Below, in pieces: positions 10,682-19,844 of a stretch of DNA of 64,000 nucleotides. The position numbers and the translations under genes were made by a program. This DNA comes from an uncultured Chloroflexia bacterium (GTDB lineage Bacteria; Chloroflexota; Limnocylindria; QHBO01): positions 78,007 through 142,006 of the forward strand of contig CAWIPT010000004.1 in assembly GCA_963838125.1 (NCBI GenBank). Reading direction: 5' to 3'. A model generated the notes under the pieces. It saw only the letters and a list, made by a program, of their open reading frames with translations. It made no database searches and was not told where the DNA came from. Position 1 is the first letter of the stretch. Each line of letters opens with the position of its first letter.

Positions 10682-11668
10682 TCTCCGGATCACGACGTCA
10701 GGGCGGGTGGTGCGCCAGTCGTAGTCGGAGACGGCCTCGTCGGGACCGATGATCCCCGCCTCAAGAAGCCACGCCTCGTTGAAGAGCTTGCCCAGGTAGT
10801 TGCATCCTGAATCGGGGATGAGGACGACGAACAGCGCATCGGGGTCGTCCACGTCCCGGGCAAGCTGCAGCGCGGCCCAGATGGCCGTCCCGCCCGACTC
10901 CCCGACCAGGATGCCTTCGGCCGCCGTCGCGGCCCGCGCGGTGAGAAAGGCGTCTCGGTCCGGTACCCGCACGATGACATCGGCCACATCGGCGTCGTAC
11001 GTGCCGGGCCAGAAGTCCTCGCCGATGCCTTCCGTCAGATAGGGGTGAATCGGTCCTCCGCTGAAGACCGAGCCCTCGGTGTCGGCACCGACCACCACCA
11101 CGTCCGGCAGCTGCTCGCGCAGGTAGCGTCCCACCCCTGAGATGGTGCCGCCGGTCCCGACCCCGGCCACGAAGTGCGTGATCCGCCCCGCCGTCGCCTC
11201 CCAGATCTCCGGGCCAGTGGTCAGATAGTGCGCCTCCGGGTTCGCCGGATTCGAGTATTGGTCCGGCTTCCAGCCGCCCGGCGTCTCGCGCGCCAATCGG
11301 TCCGAGACCCGGTAGTAGGACCGCTCGTCGTCCGGGTCGACATCGGTGGGGCAGAGCACGACCTCGGCCCCGTAGGCCCGGAGCAGGCCCTGCTTCTCCT
11401 CCGACTGCTTGTCGGCCATGACGAAGATGCACCGATAGCCCTTGACCGCGGCCGCCATGGCCAGCCCGACCCCGGTGTTGCCGCTGGTCGGCTCCACGAT
11501 CACCCCGCCCGGTTTCAGCAGCCCGGCCTGTTCGGCGGCCTCGATCATGGGCAGCGCGATCCGGTCCTTGACCGATCCACCCGGGTTCGCAGACTCCACC
11601 TTGGCCACGATCCTGGGGGTGAGCCCAGCCGCCAGGCGGTCCAGCGCCACGAGCGGCGTGTTGCCCAC
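10670..11668 (-). CDS. PLP-dependent cysteine synthase / cystathionine beta-synthase-like enzyme (no CBS pair)
   Basis: ORF 10670..11668: GNTPLVALDRL, NPGGSVKDRIA (PLP lysine), EPTSGNTGVGLA, GVGTGGTISG. Conserved DITAAV precedes GTG 11668; a CTG at 11710 overlaps the lgt stop. Confidence 0.85.
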   Translation of the reverse strand: MGNTPLVALDRLAAGLTPRIVAKVESANPGGSVKDRIALPMIEAAEQAGLLKPGGVIVEPTSGNTGVGLAMAAAVKGYRCIFVMADKQSEEKQGLLRAYGAEVVLCPTDVDPDDERSYYRVSDRLARETPGGWKPDQYSNPANPEAHYLTTGPEIWEATAGRITHFVAGVGTGGTISGVGRYLREQLPDVVVVGADTEGSVFSGGPIHPYLTEGIGEDFWPGTYDADVADVIVRVPDRDAFLTARAATAAEGILVGESGGTAIWAALQLARDVDDPDALFVVLIPDSGCNYLGKLFNEAWLLEAGIIGPDEAVSDYDWRTTRPDVVIRRSVD

Positions 11669-11702
11669 CGCCGCGGTGATGTCGGGGAGCGCGCCCCGCC
11701 GG

Positions 11703-12605
11703 TCAGCCAGCCTGGGGCTCCGTGGCCGTGGGCTCGGCGGGCGGGGCGCCTTCGGCGGCCGCTTCGGCCACCGCTCGCTCCTCCATCTCGAGGAGGTACG
11801 CGCCGGGCACGCCCCAACCCTTCAGATGGCGAACGATGATCACCACCGCCCCGATCACCGCCACGCTGACGCCGATGAGCACCGCGGTGGGCACACCGCC
11901 GATCAGCCAGTTGCCGGTCCGGAACCCCTCGAGCAGGGTCCGCACCGAGCCGTACCAGATGAAGTAGAGCATCGCGATATCCCCGTCATACAGGCGCCGC
12001 GCGAACCGGCGGCCGACGTACAGCAGGACGAACACCCCCAGCACGTTGAGCAGCGACTCGTACAGGAACAGCGGGTGGAAGGTCGTGGACTCCACGGGGT
12101 ACTGGTCGAGATCGGTGTACGGCGGGACGCGGTGTTCGGCGTCGATGGGGATGCCCCACGGCAGGGTGGTGGGAGGCCCGTACAGCTCCTGGTTGACGAG
12201 GTTCCCAAATCGACCGATGGCCTGGGCCAGGAGCATGGCCGGAGCCGCGATGTCGAGCCAGCGCCAGAGCTTGAGGCCCTGGACCCGGGTGTACATCGCC
12301 AGCGCGATCATGCCGCCGGCCACGCCACCCGGGATGCCCAGCCCGCCCAGCCATACCTGCGGGATGAGTGCCGGGTTCTCCGAGTAGAACGCCCACTCGT
12401 GGATGACGTGGTACAGGCGTGAGCCGATGATCCCGCCGATGGCGGCTACCAGGAGCAGGGTCCAGACCCGCTCGCTGTCCTCGCCACGTCGTCGCGCCTC
12501 GCGGGTCGCAAGCCACGCGGCCGCGACCGCGGCGACGGCAAAGATGATTCCGTACCAGTGGATGGCGATGGGACCGATACGGAAGGCGACCGGATCGATG
12601 AACAT
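11703..12605 (-). CDS. lgt: Prolipoprotein diacylglyceryl transferase
   Basis: ORF 11703..12665; likely start ATG 12605 (MFIDPVAFRIGPIAIHWYGI). Motifs AIGRFGNLVNQELYG and HPLFLYESL. Confidence 0.9.
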   Translation of the reverse strand: MFIDPVAFRIGPIAIHWYGIIFAVAAVAAAWLATREARRRGEDSERVWTLLLVAAIGGIIGSRLYHVIHEWAFYSENPALIPQVWLGGLGIPGGVAGGMIALAMYTRVQGLKLWRWLDIAAPAMLLAQAIGRFGNLVNQELYGPPTTLPWGIPIDAEHRVPPYTDLDQYPVESTTFHPLFLYESLLNVLGVFVLLYVGRRFARRLYDGDIAMLYFIWYGSVRTLLEGFRTGNWLIGGVPTAVLIGVSVAVIGAVVIIVRHLKGWGVPGAYLLEMEERAVAEAAAEGAPPAEPTATEPQAG

Positions 12606-12689
12606 GCGCGCGGATTCTACCCGCAGTCCTTCCGCAGTCCGCCTGCCCGACTCTATGCGCGCCAATCCGCGACAAGTAAGGTGGCCTCA

Positions 12690-13994
12690 GTGACAGTCGA
12701 CCGAGCCGCGCTCCCACTGCGCACGCTGGTGACCCTGTCGGTCTACTGGCTCGGGATCCTCACCATCCAGTTCGGGCTCGGTACCCAGATCGTGCCTGCC
12801 ATGGTGGAGGACTTCGTCGGCAAGGCGAATTCCGGATTGGGCCTGGCCGTCATCAACGGGGTGGCCGTGATCGCGTCGATCTTCGTTCAGCCCACGGTCG
12901 GTGTGATCAGCGACTACACGATCACCCGCTGGGGACGTCGCAAGCCGTACATCTTCATCGGCGGGCTGCTGGACATGGTGTTCCTGTACGGCATCGCCAC
13001 CTCGGACACGTTCGTCGCGTTGGTGGCCTTCTACTTCCTGATCCAGGTCTCCTCGAACTTCGCCCAGGGGCCATTCCAGGGCTACGTCCCGGACCTGGTC
13101 CCCGCTCGCCAGGTCGGCATGGCCAGCGGGCTGATGGGCCTGATGATCGTGATGGGATCGATCGTCGGGGCGGGAATTGCGATGTTCGGGTTGCAGGAGG
13201 GGGGTTCGATGTTCCTCGCCACCCTGGCCCTGGGGGCGGTGGAGATCGTGGCCATGCTCATCGTGGTCCTCCGGGTGCACGAGGGACCGGCGGGACCGAA
13301 ACGGACCATGTCCTGGCCGCGGGTCGCCCTGTCGGCATGGGGGACGGACATCCTCCGCGAGAAAAGCGTCCTGTGGCTGCTCGCCGTGCGGCTGCTGTTC
13401 CTCGGCGCCGCAGCGGCCGCAACCTCGCTGGGCCTGTACTACTTCCAGCGGACCCACGGGCTGCCCAGGGACGAAGCAAGCACGTTCGTCTTCATCGCGA
13501 CCGTGATCGTGGCCGGCATGTCCGCCCTGGCCTCCATACCGGGCGCCCGGCTGTCTGACCGATACGGGCGCAAGGCCGTCATCTACGCCGGCATGGGCCT
13601 CATGGCGTTGGGCCTGTTCGGGTGGACCCTGGCGCCCACCCCCGAGATCGCCATCGCCGTGTTCGTGCCGGCCGGGATCGGGATCGGCGCGTTCCTGTCC
13701 GTGGACTGGGCGCTGATGACCGATGTCATCCCCAAGCACACCTCGGCCCGGTACATGGGCATCCTCAACGTGGGGACGGCCCTCGCCACGCCGGTGTTCC
13801 TGATCGTGGGCGGGCTGACGATGGATGCCGTCGGTCGCGCCGGCGGGGAAGCGGCCGGGCCGGTGGCCGCCATGTACGTGGCCATCGGGTTCGTGGCTCT
13901 GGCAGCTCTCGCCCTGCGACGGGTTGACGCCCGGCGGCGTGAGCTGGGCGAGGTGCCCGTGCCACCTGACGCCCCGGAGCCGGCCGCCGCGTGA
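12690..13994 (+). CDS. MFS transporter, GPH/MFS_2-like
   Basis: ORF 12558..13994 with 12 hydrophobic segments and loop motif SDYTITRWGRRKPYIFIGG. GTG 12690 lies 5 nt after AAGGTGG. Stop overlaps the next gene (GTGA). Confidence 0.8.
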   Translation: MTVDRAALPLRTLVTLSVYWLGILTIQFGLGTQIVPAMVEDFVGKANSGLGLAVINGVAVIASIFVQPTVGVISDYTITRWGRRKPYIFIGGLLDMVFLYGIATSDTFVALVAFYFLIQVSSNFAQGPFQGYVPDLVPARQVGMASGLMGLMIVMGSIVGAGIAMFGLQEGGSMFLATLALGAVEIVAMLIVVLRVHEGPAGPKRTMSWPRVALSAWGTDILREKSVLWLLAVRLLFLGAAAAATSLGLYYFQRTHGLPRDEASTFVFIATVIVAGMSALASIPGARLSDRYGRKAVIYAGMGLMALGLFGWTLAPTPEIAIAVFVPAGIGIGAFLSVDWALMTDVIPKHTSARYMGILNVGTALATPVFLIVGGLTMDAVGRAGGEAAGPVAAMYVAIGFVALAALALRRVDARRRELGEVPVPPDAPEPAAA

Positions 13995-14770
13995 GCGAGG
14001 CTGGGGCCAGCGGTGGTCGCCAGATCGGGGCGCACCTCCTGGGTGTTGACGTCACCTGGCGCTATCGGTTGGAGTGGATCCTGGTCCACATCGTGGTGCA
14101 TCTCCTCTTCCGGGTCCGGGGTGAGGGGCTCGAGCGCTGGCCGCCCGCGCCGTTCCAGCTGGCCACCAACCATCACTCGGGCTGGGACCCGCTGCTGGTC
14201 ATGGCCATCAGCCCGCTTCGCCCGCGGGTGACCTGGTTCGGGCCTAAGGAGGTGGATTTCTCGAAGGGCTTCCGGAATCGGGTGATGGGCTTCTTCGGCG
14301 GGATGATCCCGTTCAACCCGGGCAAGACGAACCTGGGCTCATCGGTCAAGGCGGTGCAGCGGGTGTTCGATGCCGGTGGGGTGCTGGCCATTGCCGCCGA
14401 GGGCACCCTGGGCTTCCGCGAGTCCGAACTGCTGCCATTGCAGGACGGGGCCACCGTGTTCGCCGCGCTGTCCGGTGTGCCGGTGGTGCCGTGCGCCATC
14501 GTCGGCAGCGCGACGCTGTGGTGGCGAAAGGAGGTCGTCGTCCGCTTCGGAGAGCCCGTTCAGGTCGCTCGCGGAGGCGACAGGGCATCTCGCGCCGCCG
14601 TAGCGGAGCAGGTCCGCGCGGGAATGGCTGGGCTGCTGCCGGCGGAGGAGCCGGCCTATCCCCGGAGCCGACCGGCCAGCACCTTCCTGACCGATCTGTT
14701 CAACGGCCCGGGCGAGCGGGTGCGCTGGCGGAAGCACATGGCCGAGGTCGTCCCACCCGGGTCCGACTAG
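13991..14770 (+). CDS. 1-acyl-sn-glycerol-3-phosphate (lysophospholipid) acyltransferase family protein
   Basis: ORF 13991..14770: NHHSGWDP (HX4D), GVLAIAAEGT, VPVVPCAIVG. Confidence 0.8.
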   Translation: MSEAGASGGRQIGAHLLGVDVTWRYRLEWILVHIVVHLLFRVRGEGLERWPPAPFQLATNHHSGWDPLLVMAISPLRPRVTWFGPKEVDFSKGFRNRVMGFFGGMIPFNPGKTNLGSSVKAVQRVFDAGGVLAIAAEGTLGFRESELLPLQDGATVFAALSGVPVVPCAIVGSATLWWRKEVVVRFGEPVQVARGGDRASRAAVAEQVRAGMAGLLPAEEPAYPRSRPASTFLTDLFNGPGERVRWRKHMAEVVPPGSD

Positions 14771-14780
14771 GATCGGCCCC

Positions 14781-15053
14781 GTGCTCCCGTTCATCTGGGC
14801 GCTGATGGTTCTCGCCGTCGTCGCGGGGTTCGTGATGATGGTGGCCTATTGGCTGGACATCCAGGATCGCGCCGATCTGGCGCCGCGGGCCAGGATCGGC
14901 TGGTCGGCCGGGATCCTGGTCTTCCCCGTCTCGATCCCCCTCTACGCGTTCGTCGGTGGCGGCAAGTGGCCGCCACTCCTCCGAGCCGCGTCCCTCATTC
15001 CTGGGGTGGCCCTGCTCCTGTTCCTGCTCTTCGCCTTCGGCGTCCTGGGCTAA
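14781..15053 (+). CDS. Small membrane protein, PLD-nuclease N-terminal (PLDc_N)-like
   Basis: 90-aa ORF with two TM helices flanking WSAGILVFPVSIPLYAFVGG. Confidence 0.5.
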   Translation: MLPFIWALMVLAVVAGFVMMVAYWLDIQDRADLAPRARIGWSAGILVFPVSIPLYAFVGGGKWPPLLRAASLIPGVALLLFLLFAFGVLG

Positions 15054-15604
15054 GCCGAGCCGGAAATGGCGGGAGGCGGCCCTTGACGCCGCGATCGGGC
15101 AACGAACCAGCCGGAGCCGATCAGCGCGGCGACGGCAAAAGCGAGTAGGCCAACGAGCATGCCCGGCGGCCACCTCCCCGGCACCGGTGGCGCGGGGATG
15201 CCGGCGGCAAGCCGCTGGCTGCCGGAGCAGCTGATGGTCCACAGGTTCCCCTCCGACCAATCGGCGTAGATCTCCCATCGCTCGCCAATCGCCATATCGA
15301 TCGCACACGAGCCGGATCCTTCGATGCGGGTGCTGCGCACCACGGTGAACTCGTCGGGGGAGCCTCTTATCACCTCCTCGACGGCGAACGTGTACAAGAT
15401 GGGATCTCCGGTGCTCGCGTACCAGCCGGGGAACGACGGATCCTCGACAGCGGCCACGACTCCCGTGAAGGCAACGTTCGCGCCGGCGCGTCCTTCCTCC
15501 AGCGACCCGCACAGGCAGGCCGCCGCGGGATGAGGGGTGAGCCCCGTCACGACGAGCGCAACTACGAGTCCCAGGGTCAGTCGGCGGACCATGCCCCGTA
15601 TCAT
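15050..15604 (-). CDS. Secreted, C-terminally membrane-anchored protein with mature N-terminal Cys-x-Cys (TIMP/NTR-like module, tentative)
   Basis: ORF 15050..15604: signal-like LTLGLVVALVVTGLTPHPAAA then CLCGSLEEGRAGANVAFTGVVAAV; two further Cys; C-terminal TM MLVGLLAFAVAALIGSGWFVA. Confidence 0.5.
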   Translation of the reverse strand: MIRGMVRRLTLGLVVALVVTGLTPHPAAACLCGSLEEGRAGANVAFTGVVAAVEDPSFPGWYASTGDPILYTFAVEEVIRGSPDEFTVVRSTRIEGSGSCAIDMAIGERWEIYADWSEGNLWTISCSGSQRLAAGIPAPPVPGRWPPGMLVGLLAFAVAALIGSGWFVARSRRQGPPPAISGSA

Positions 15605-15612
15605 GCGCGGGC

Positions 15613-17037
15613 ATGAGCACGACCGTGAAGGGGGCCGAAACGGCCATCCAGTACCTGCGCGAGCTCGCCGATGAGCATCTCCGCGGGCTGGACGAGTTCC
15701 TCCGGATGGAATCGGTCAGTGCCGACCCGACCAAGAAAGACGAGATGCGCCGAACGGCGCAGTGGATCGCGGACCACTTCACGGCCATCGGCTTCGAGAA
15801 CGCCCGCCTGACCGATACGCGCAGCCACCCGGTGGTCACCGCCGACTGGCTGCATGCCGGCCCTGACAAGCCCACCGTCCTGGTCTACTGCCACTACGAC
15901 GTCCAGCCGCCCGACCCGCTGGACGAGTGGGTGCGGCCGCCGTTCGAGCCGCGGTACGAGGACGACATCCTGTACGCGCGCGGCTCCGGCGACGACAAAG
16001 GGCAGCTCTACATGCACCTCCGGGCCGCCGAGGCGTGGCTGAAGGGCGTCGGCCACCTGCCCATCAACGTGCGGGTCATCTTCGAGGGCGACGAAGAGCA
16101 CATCAGCGAACCGGTCACCGAGTTCATCGACGCCCATCCCGAGCTCCTGACCGCCGACGTCTGCATCGTCTCCGACTCGGACATGCAGGACGACGACGGC
16201 ACGCCGGCCATCTGCTACGGCCTGCGCGGGATCGCGTACTGGGAGATCCGGGTCCAGGGCCCGTTCCAGGACGTCCACTCTGGCTCGTACGGCGGCGGAG
16301 TCGACAACCCGGCCAACGTCCTGGTCAAGATGCTCGCCTCCCTGGTCGACGACGAGGGGCGGGTCACCGTCCCGGGCTTCTACGACGACGTCGCCGACCT
16401 GACCGATGCCGAACGGGAGGCATACGCGCAGGTCCCGTTCGACCACGGCGCGTTCATGAAGGCGACCGGGGTGACCGAGCCGATGGCCGGCGAGCGCGGC
16501 TGGACCCTGGTCGAGCGCCTGTCCGGGCGGCCGACCTTCGACATCAACGGCGTCTGGGGCGGCTACCAGGGCGAGGGATCGAAGACAATCATCCCCGGCT
16601 TCGCGGCTGCCAAGCTGAGCACCCGGCTGGTTCCGAACCAGGACCCGCGCGAGATCGAGCGGCTGATGATCGAGCACCTCCAGCAGATAGCACCGTCGAC
16701 CGTGAAGGTGAGCGTGAAGTCGCTGTCCAACGGCTGGCCGGCGATGACGCCCATCGACCATCCGGCGGTGGGGGCCGCGGCCCGCGCTTCGGAGAAGGCG
16801 TTCGGCAAAGCCCCGGTGTTCCATCGGTCGGGGGGGAGCATCCCGTACGTGCCGGCGCTGGAGCAGAAGACCGGGATCAAGAGCGTGATGGTCGGCTGGG
16901 CGTCGCCGAACGGGAACTTCCACGCTCCCAACGAGTGGATGCCGATGGCCAACTACCGCGGCGGGATGGACGCGATCGTGTACCTGTGGGATGAGCTCGG
17001 CCGGATGACCGCCGCCGAGATGCGGGGCGAGGCCTAG
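15613..17037 (+). CDS. M20 family dipeptidase (ArgE/DapE/ACY1/CPG2 family)
   Basis: Intact 474-aa ORF: VLVYCHYDVQPPDPLDEW, YARGSGDDKGQ, VIFEGDEEH, HRSGGSIPY, HAPNEW. Confidence 0.85.
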   Translation: MSTTVKGAETAIQYLRELADEHLRGLDEFLRMESVSADPTKKDEMRRTAQWIADHFTAIGFENARLTDTRSHPVVTADWLHAGPDKPTVLVYCHYDVQPPDPLDEWVRPPFEPRYEDDILYARGSGDDKGQLYMHLRAAEAWLKGVGHLPINVRVIFEGDEEHISEPVTEFIDAHPELLTADVCIVSDSDMQDDDGTPAICYGLRGIAYWEIRVQGPFQDVHSGSYGGGVDNPANVLVKMLASLVDDEGRVTVPGFYDDVADLTDAEREAYAQVPFDHGAFMKATGVTEPMAGERGWTLVERLSGRPTFDINGVWGGYQGEGSKTIIPGFAAAKLSTRLVPNQDPREIERLMIEHLQQIAPSTVKVSVKSLSNGWPAMTPIDHPAVGAAARASEKAFGKAPVFHRSGGSIPYVPALEQKTGIKSVMVGWASPNGNFHAPNEWMPMANYRGGMDAIVYLWDELGRMTAAEMRGEA

Positions 17038-18150
17038 GCGACTACCCGGAGGTCGCGGCTCGAGCGGTTCAGGCGCTCTCCACCGTCCGCAGTGCAAACC
17101 ACGATGTCCTCGATCCGGGCCCCCCACCGGTCTGGCATGTAGATCCCCGGCTCCACGCTGAACGCGTCGCCCTCGCGCAGCGGCTCCGGGTTCGACTCCA
17201 CCAGGTACGGCTCCTCGTGGGTCTCCAGGCCGATGCCGTGTCCGGTTCGATGGGTGAACAGCGCTCCGTAGCCGGCGTCGGTGATGACTTCCCGGGCCAC
17301 GCGATCCACCGCCCGGGCTTCGATCCCGGGCCGCACCGCGTCACAGGCCGCGGCCTGGGCCTCCTGCAGCACGGCGTACAGGTCCTGGAACTCCTCGGGG
17401 GGAATGCCCACGAACGCGGTCCGGGTCGTGTCGCTGGCATAGCCATTGGCCGTGCCGCCGATGTCGAGGACGATGGCATCACCCTCCTGGATGAGCCGAT
17501 CGCCGGGCGTGTGGTGGGGGCTGGCAGCGTTCGGGTCCGGACGCCACGATCGCCCAGTCCGATGTGTCGTGGCCGGCGGACCGAAGCAGCTCGCGGATCT
17601 GGGCGCTGACCGCCGCTTCCGTCCGACCGCTGAGCTTCTGGGCGGTGATTGCGTCCATCGCCCGGTCGGCGGCCTCGGCGGCTGTCCGCAGCCGCTCGAT
17701 CTCGTCCGGGCTCTTCGTCCGCCGCAGGGCGTTGATGGCGGGGCCGGCCTCGGTCAGCTCGACCCCGTCGAGCTGGGTGCGGAGGCGCAGGACGAACCTG
17801 GCCCACATCTGGTCCTGCACCGCCACCCGCCTCGGCCCGCCAAGCACGGCGCCGACCAGGGCGAACGGGTCCTCCGTCTCGTCCCACGTCCGCAGCTCGA
17901 TCTCGTCGGCCAGCGACCCGAGCTCATGGCGCGCGAGCGGCTCCTCGAGATGGGGCAGGACGAGGGTGGGCCGCGATTCTGGTCGCACGATCAGGCAGGT
18001 CAGCCGCTCTAACGGCGGGGCGCTGTAGCCGAGCAGGTACAGGTAGTCCGATGAGGGGGTGACCAGGATGGCGTCCAGGCCCCGAGACCCCGCCTCGGCG
18101 GCGATCCGGGTCAGCCGATCGCGATGGACCGATGTCGAAAACGGCGGCAT
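17034..18150 (-). pseudogene. M24B Xaa-Pro aminopeptidase, one frameshift as assembled
   Basis: ORF 17479..18150 (N-domain, RRTKSPDEIERLR) plus 17034..17411 (HRTGHGIGLETHEEP, SVEPGIY, ARIEDIV). Deleting one G of GGG 17533-17535 joins them as IVASGPNAASPHHTPGDRLIQEGDAIVLDIGG. Confidence 0.85.
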
Positions 18151-18174
18151 GGGGCGAAGGGTAGCCGACCCGGA

Positions 18175-18606
18175 TCAGGGCTCGATGCGGAGCAGGACTT
18201 CAGTCGCCTCGCCGTCGGTGATGCGCCAGGCGCGGAAGGCCTGCATCGGGTCGGCAGAGGAGTCCATGAGCGTCGCGAGGACGTAGATCGCATCGGGGTA
18301 CATGGCCTGGCGGCGGTCGGTGGGCGAGGGCTCGGCCGGTGTATGGGTGTGGGAATGGAAGATCGCGACCAGGTCCTCACCGACGTCCTCGATGCCAAGC
18401 ACGATTCGGACCAGGTCGTCGGGATGAACGGTGTAGACATACGGCGAGGCGTCGGCGTTGCGCGCGGGGTGATACGTGGTGGCTCGACCGTCGACCGCGG
18501 AGCCGGACAGGATGCCGCAGGCCTCGTTCGGCACCTCCGATCGCGCATGAGCCAGGAGCTCGGACGCCAGCGCGTCGCTGATGGTCAGCCCGCCCTCGGG
18601 GCTCAC
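18175..18606 (-). CDS. mec: JAMM/MPN+ metalloprotease of the Mec (CysO-processing) type
   Basis: ORF 18175..18660: NEACGIL and HSHTHTPAEPSPTD (E...HxH...S..D). GTG 18606 overlaps the cysM TGA (GTGA). Confidence 0.85.
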   Translation of the reverse strand: MSPEGGLTISDALASELLAHARSEVPNEACGILSGSAVDGRATTYHPARNADASPYVYTVHPDDLVRIVLGIEDVGEDLVAIFHSHTHTPAEPSPTDRRQAMYPDAIYVLATLMDSSADPMQAFRAWRITDGEATEVLLRIEP

Positions 18607-19564
18607 CACAGGACCTGTGTCTCCATCTCGGACTCGAGGGCGTCGAGGTCGCGGTCCCACAGGCCGGTGGAGATGTACTTCGAGCCCCCGTCCGCCAGCA
18701 GGACGACGATGGAGCCCCTGTCCATGCCCTCGGCCACGCGCAAGGCAACCGATAAGGCGGCGCCGGACGAGAGGCCGGCGAATATCCCCTCCTCGCTCAT
18801 CAGCCGCCGCGTCCCGACGACCGCTTCGCGGTTGCTGACCAGGTACCGATCGTCGAGGACCGACTCGTCGAGGACTGGCGGGACGTAGCCCTCATCCAGC
18901 GAACGCAGGCCCTGGACCTGCTCACCGGGGAGCGGCTCCGCGGCCACCACGCGCACGCCGGGACGTGCCTGCTTCAAGGCACGTCCCACGCCGGTCAGCG
19001 TGCCACCCGTCCCCAGGCCGGCGACGAACACGTCCACGTCCGGCACCGCATCGAGGATCTCGGGCCCAGTCCCCTCCTGGTGGGCACGCGGGTTGGCATG
19101 GTTCGCGTACTGGAAGGGCATGAACAGCGACGGATCGGTCTGCCGCCAGGCGCTCGGCCATCCGGATGGCGCCGTTCGACCCCTCGGCGCCCAGCAGAGA
19201 AGACGATCTCCGCGCCATGGGCACGGAGCAGCTGCTCCCGCTCTGGCGTGGTGTTGTCCGGCATCACGACCCGCACCGGGTGACCCATCAGCCGTCCGAC
19301 CATGGCCAGGCTGATGCCGGTGTTGCCGCTGGACGGCTCGAAGATGGTCTGGCCTGGCCGCAGCGCCCCGCTCTCCACCGCCTCGGCCAGCATCGAGCGG
19401 GCGATCCGGTCCTTGACCGATCCGGTTGGGTTCGCGCCCTCGACCTTGGCGAACAGGCGCACGCCGGGGCTGGGCGACAGCCGGCGCAGCTCGACCATCG
19501 GCGTGTGGCCGATGGTCGCGACGACATCGTCGAGGATGCCCGCGGGCGGCCGGGCGGCCGCCAT
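18603..19564 (-). pseudogene. cysM: Cysteine synthase B-type (CysO-thiocarboxylate-dependent O-phosphoserine sulfhydrylase-like), two frameshifts as assembled
   Basis: ORFs 18995..19624 (GHTPMVEL, NPTGSVKDRIA, EPSSGNTGISLA), 18922..19224 (GAEGSNGAIRMAERLAAD) and 18603..19121 (FMPFQYANHANPRAH, GLGTGGTLTG). Repairs at CCC 19189-19191 and GG 19136-19137. Confidence 0.85.
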
Positions 19565-19568
19565 CGGT

Positions 19569-19844
19569 CTAGGCCCCGCCTCCGGCCATGGCCGGCAGCA
19601 GGATGACCTGGTCGTCCGGCCCAACCTGGGTCGTCAGCCCGCCCGCGTACCGGACGTCGCGGCCGTTGACGTAGACGTTCACGAAGGGCGAGAGGCTCCC
19701 ATCGGTGGTGACCCGCTCCTTGAGCGCCGGGTAGCGACCGAACAGGTCGTCAGCACCTCGGTCACCGTCGCTGCCGGATGCCTCGAGCTCACGCTCTCCG
19801 CCGACCGTCTCGCGCAGGACGGGCGGGATCCGGACCTGGCTCAC
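19569..19844 (-). CDS. cysO: MoaD/ThiS-family sulfur-carrier protein (CysO-like), C-terminus ...AMAGG-GA
   Basis: Last 91 codons of ORF 19569..20216: VSQVRIPPVLRETVGGERELEASG...VILLPAMAGGGA. GTG 19844 overlaps the repaired moeB stop (GTGA). Confidence 0.8.
   Translation of the reverse strand: MSQVRIPPVLRETVGGERELEASGSDGDRGADDLFGRYPALKERVTTDGSLSPFVNVYVNGRDVRYAGGLTTQVGPDDQVILLPAMAGGGA

Noticed and set aside
15601-17127. Very long ORFs antisense to well-supported genes. Examples: 15601..17127(-), 30332..31753(-), 48353..49696(-), 59846..62374(+), 3505..4863(+), 21372..22409(+), 25580..26902(+), and the 5' 960 nt of 8547..9938(+).
   Set aside because: Their translations are low-complexity, rich in Arg/Gly/Pro/Ala/Asp/His, and have no motifs. 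They lie opposite genes with clear family signatures. Such shadow ORFs are expected at ~70% GC because stop codons are rare.
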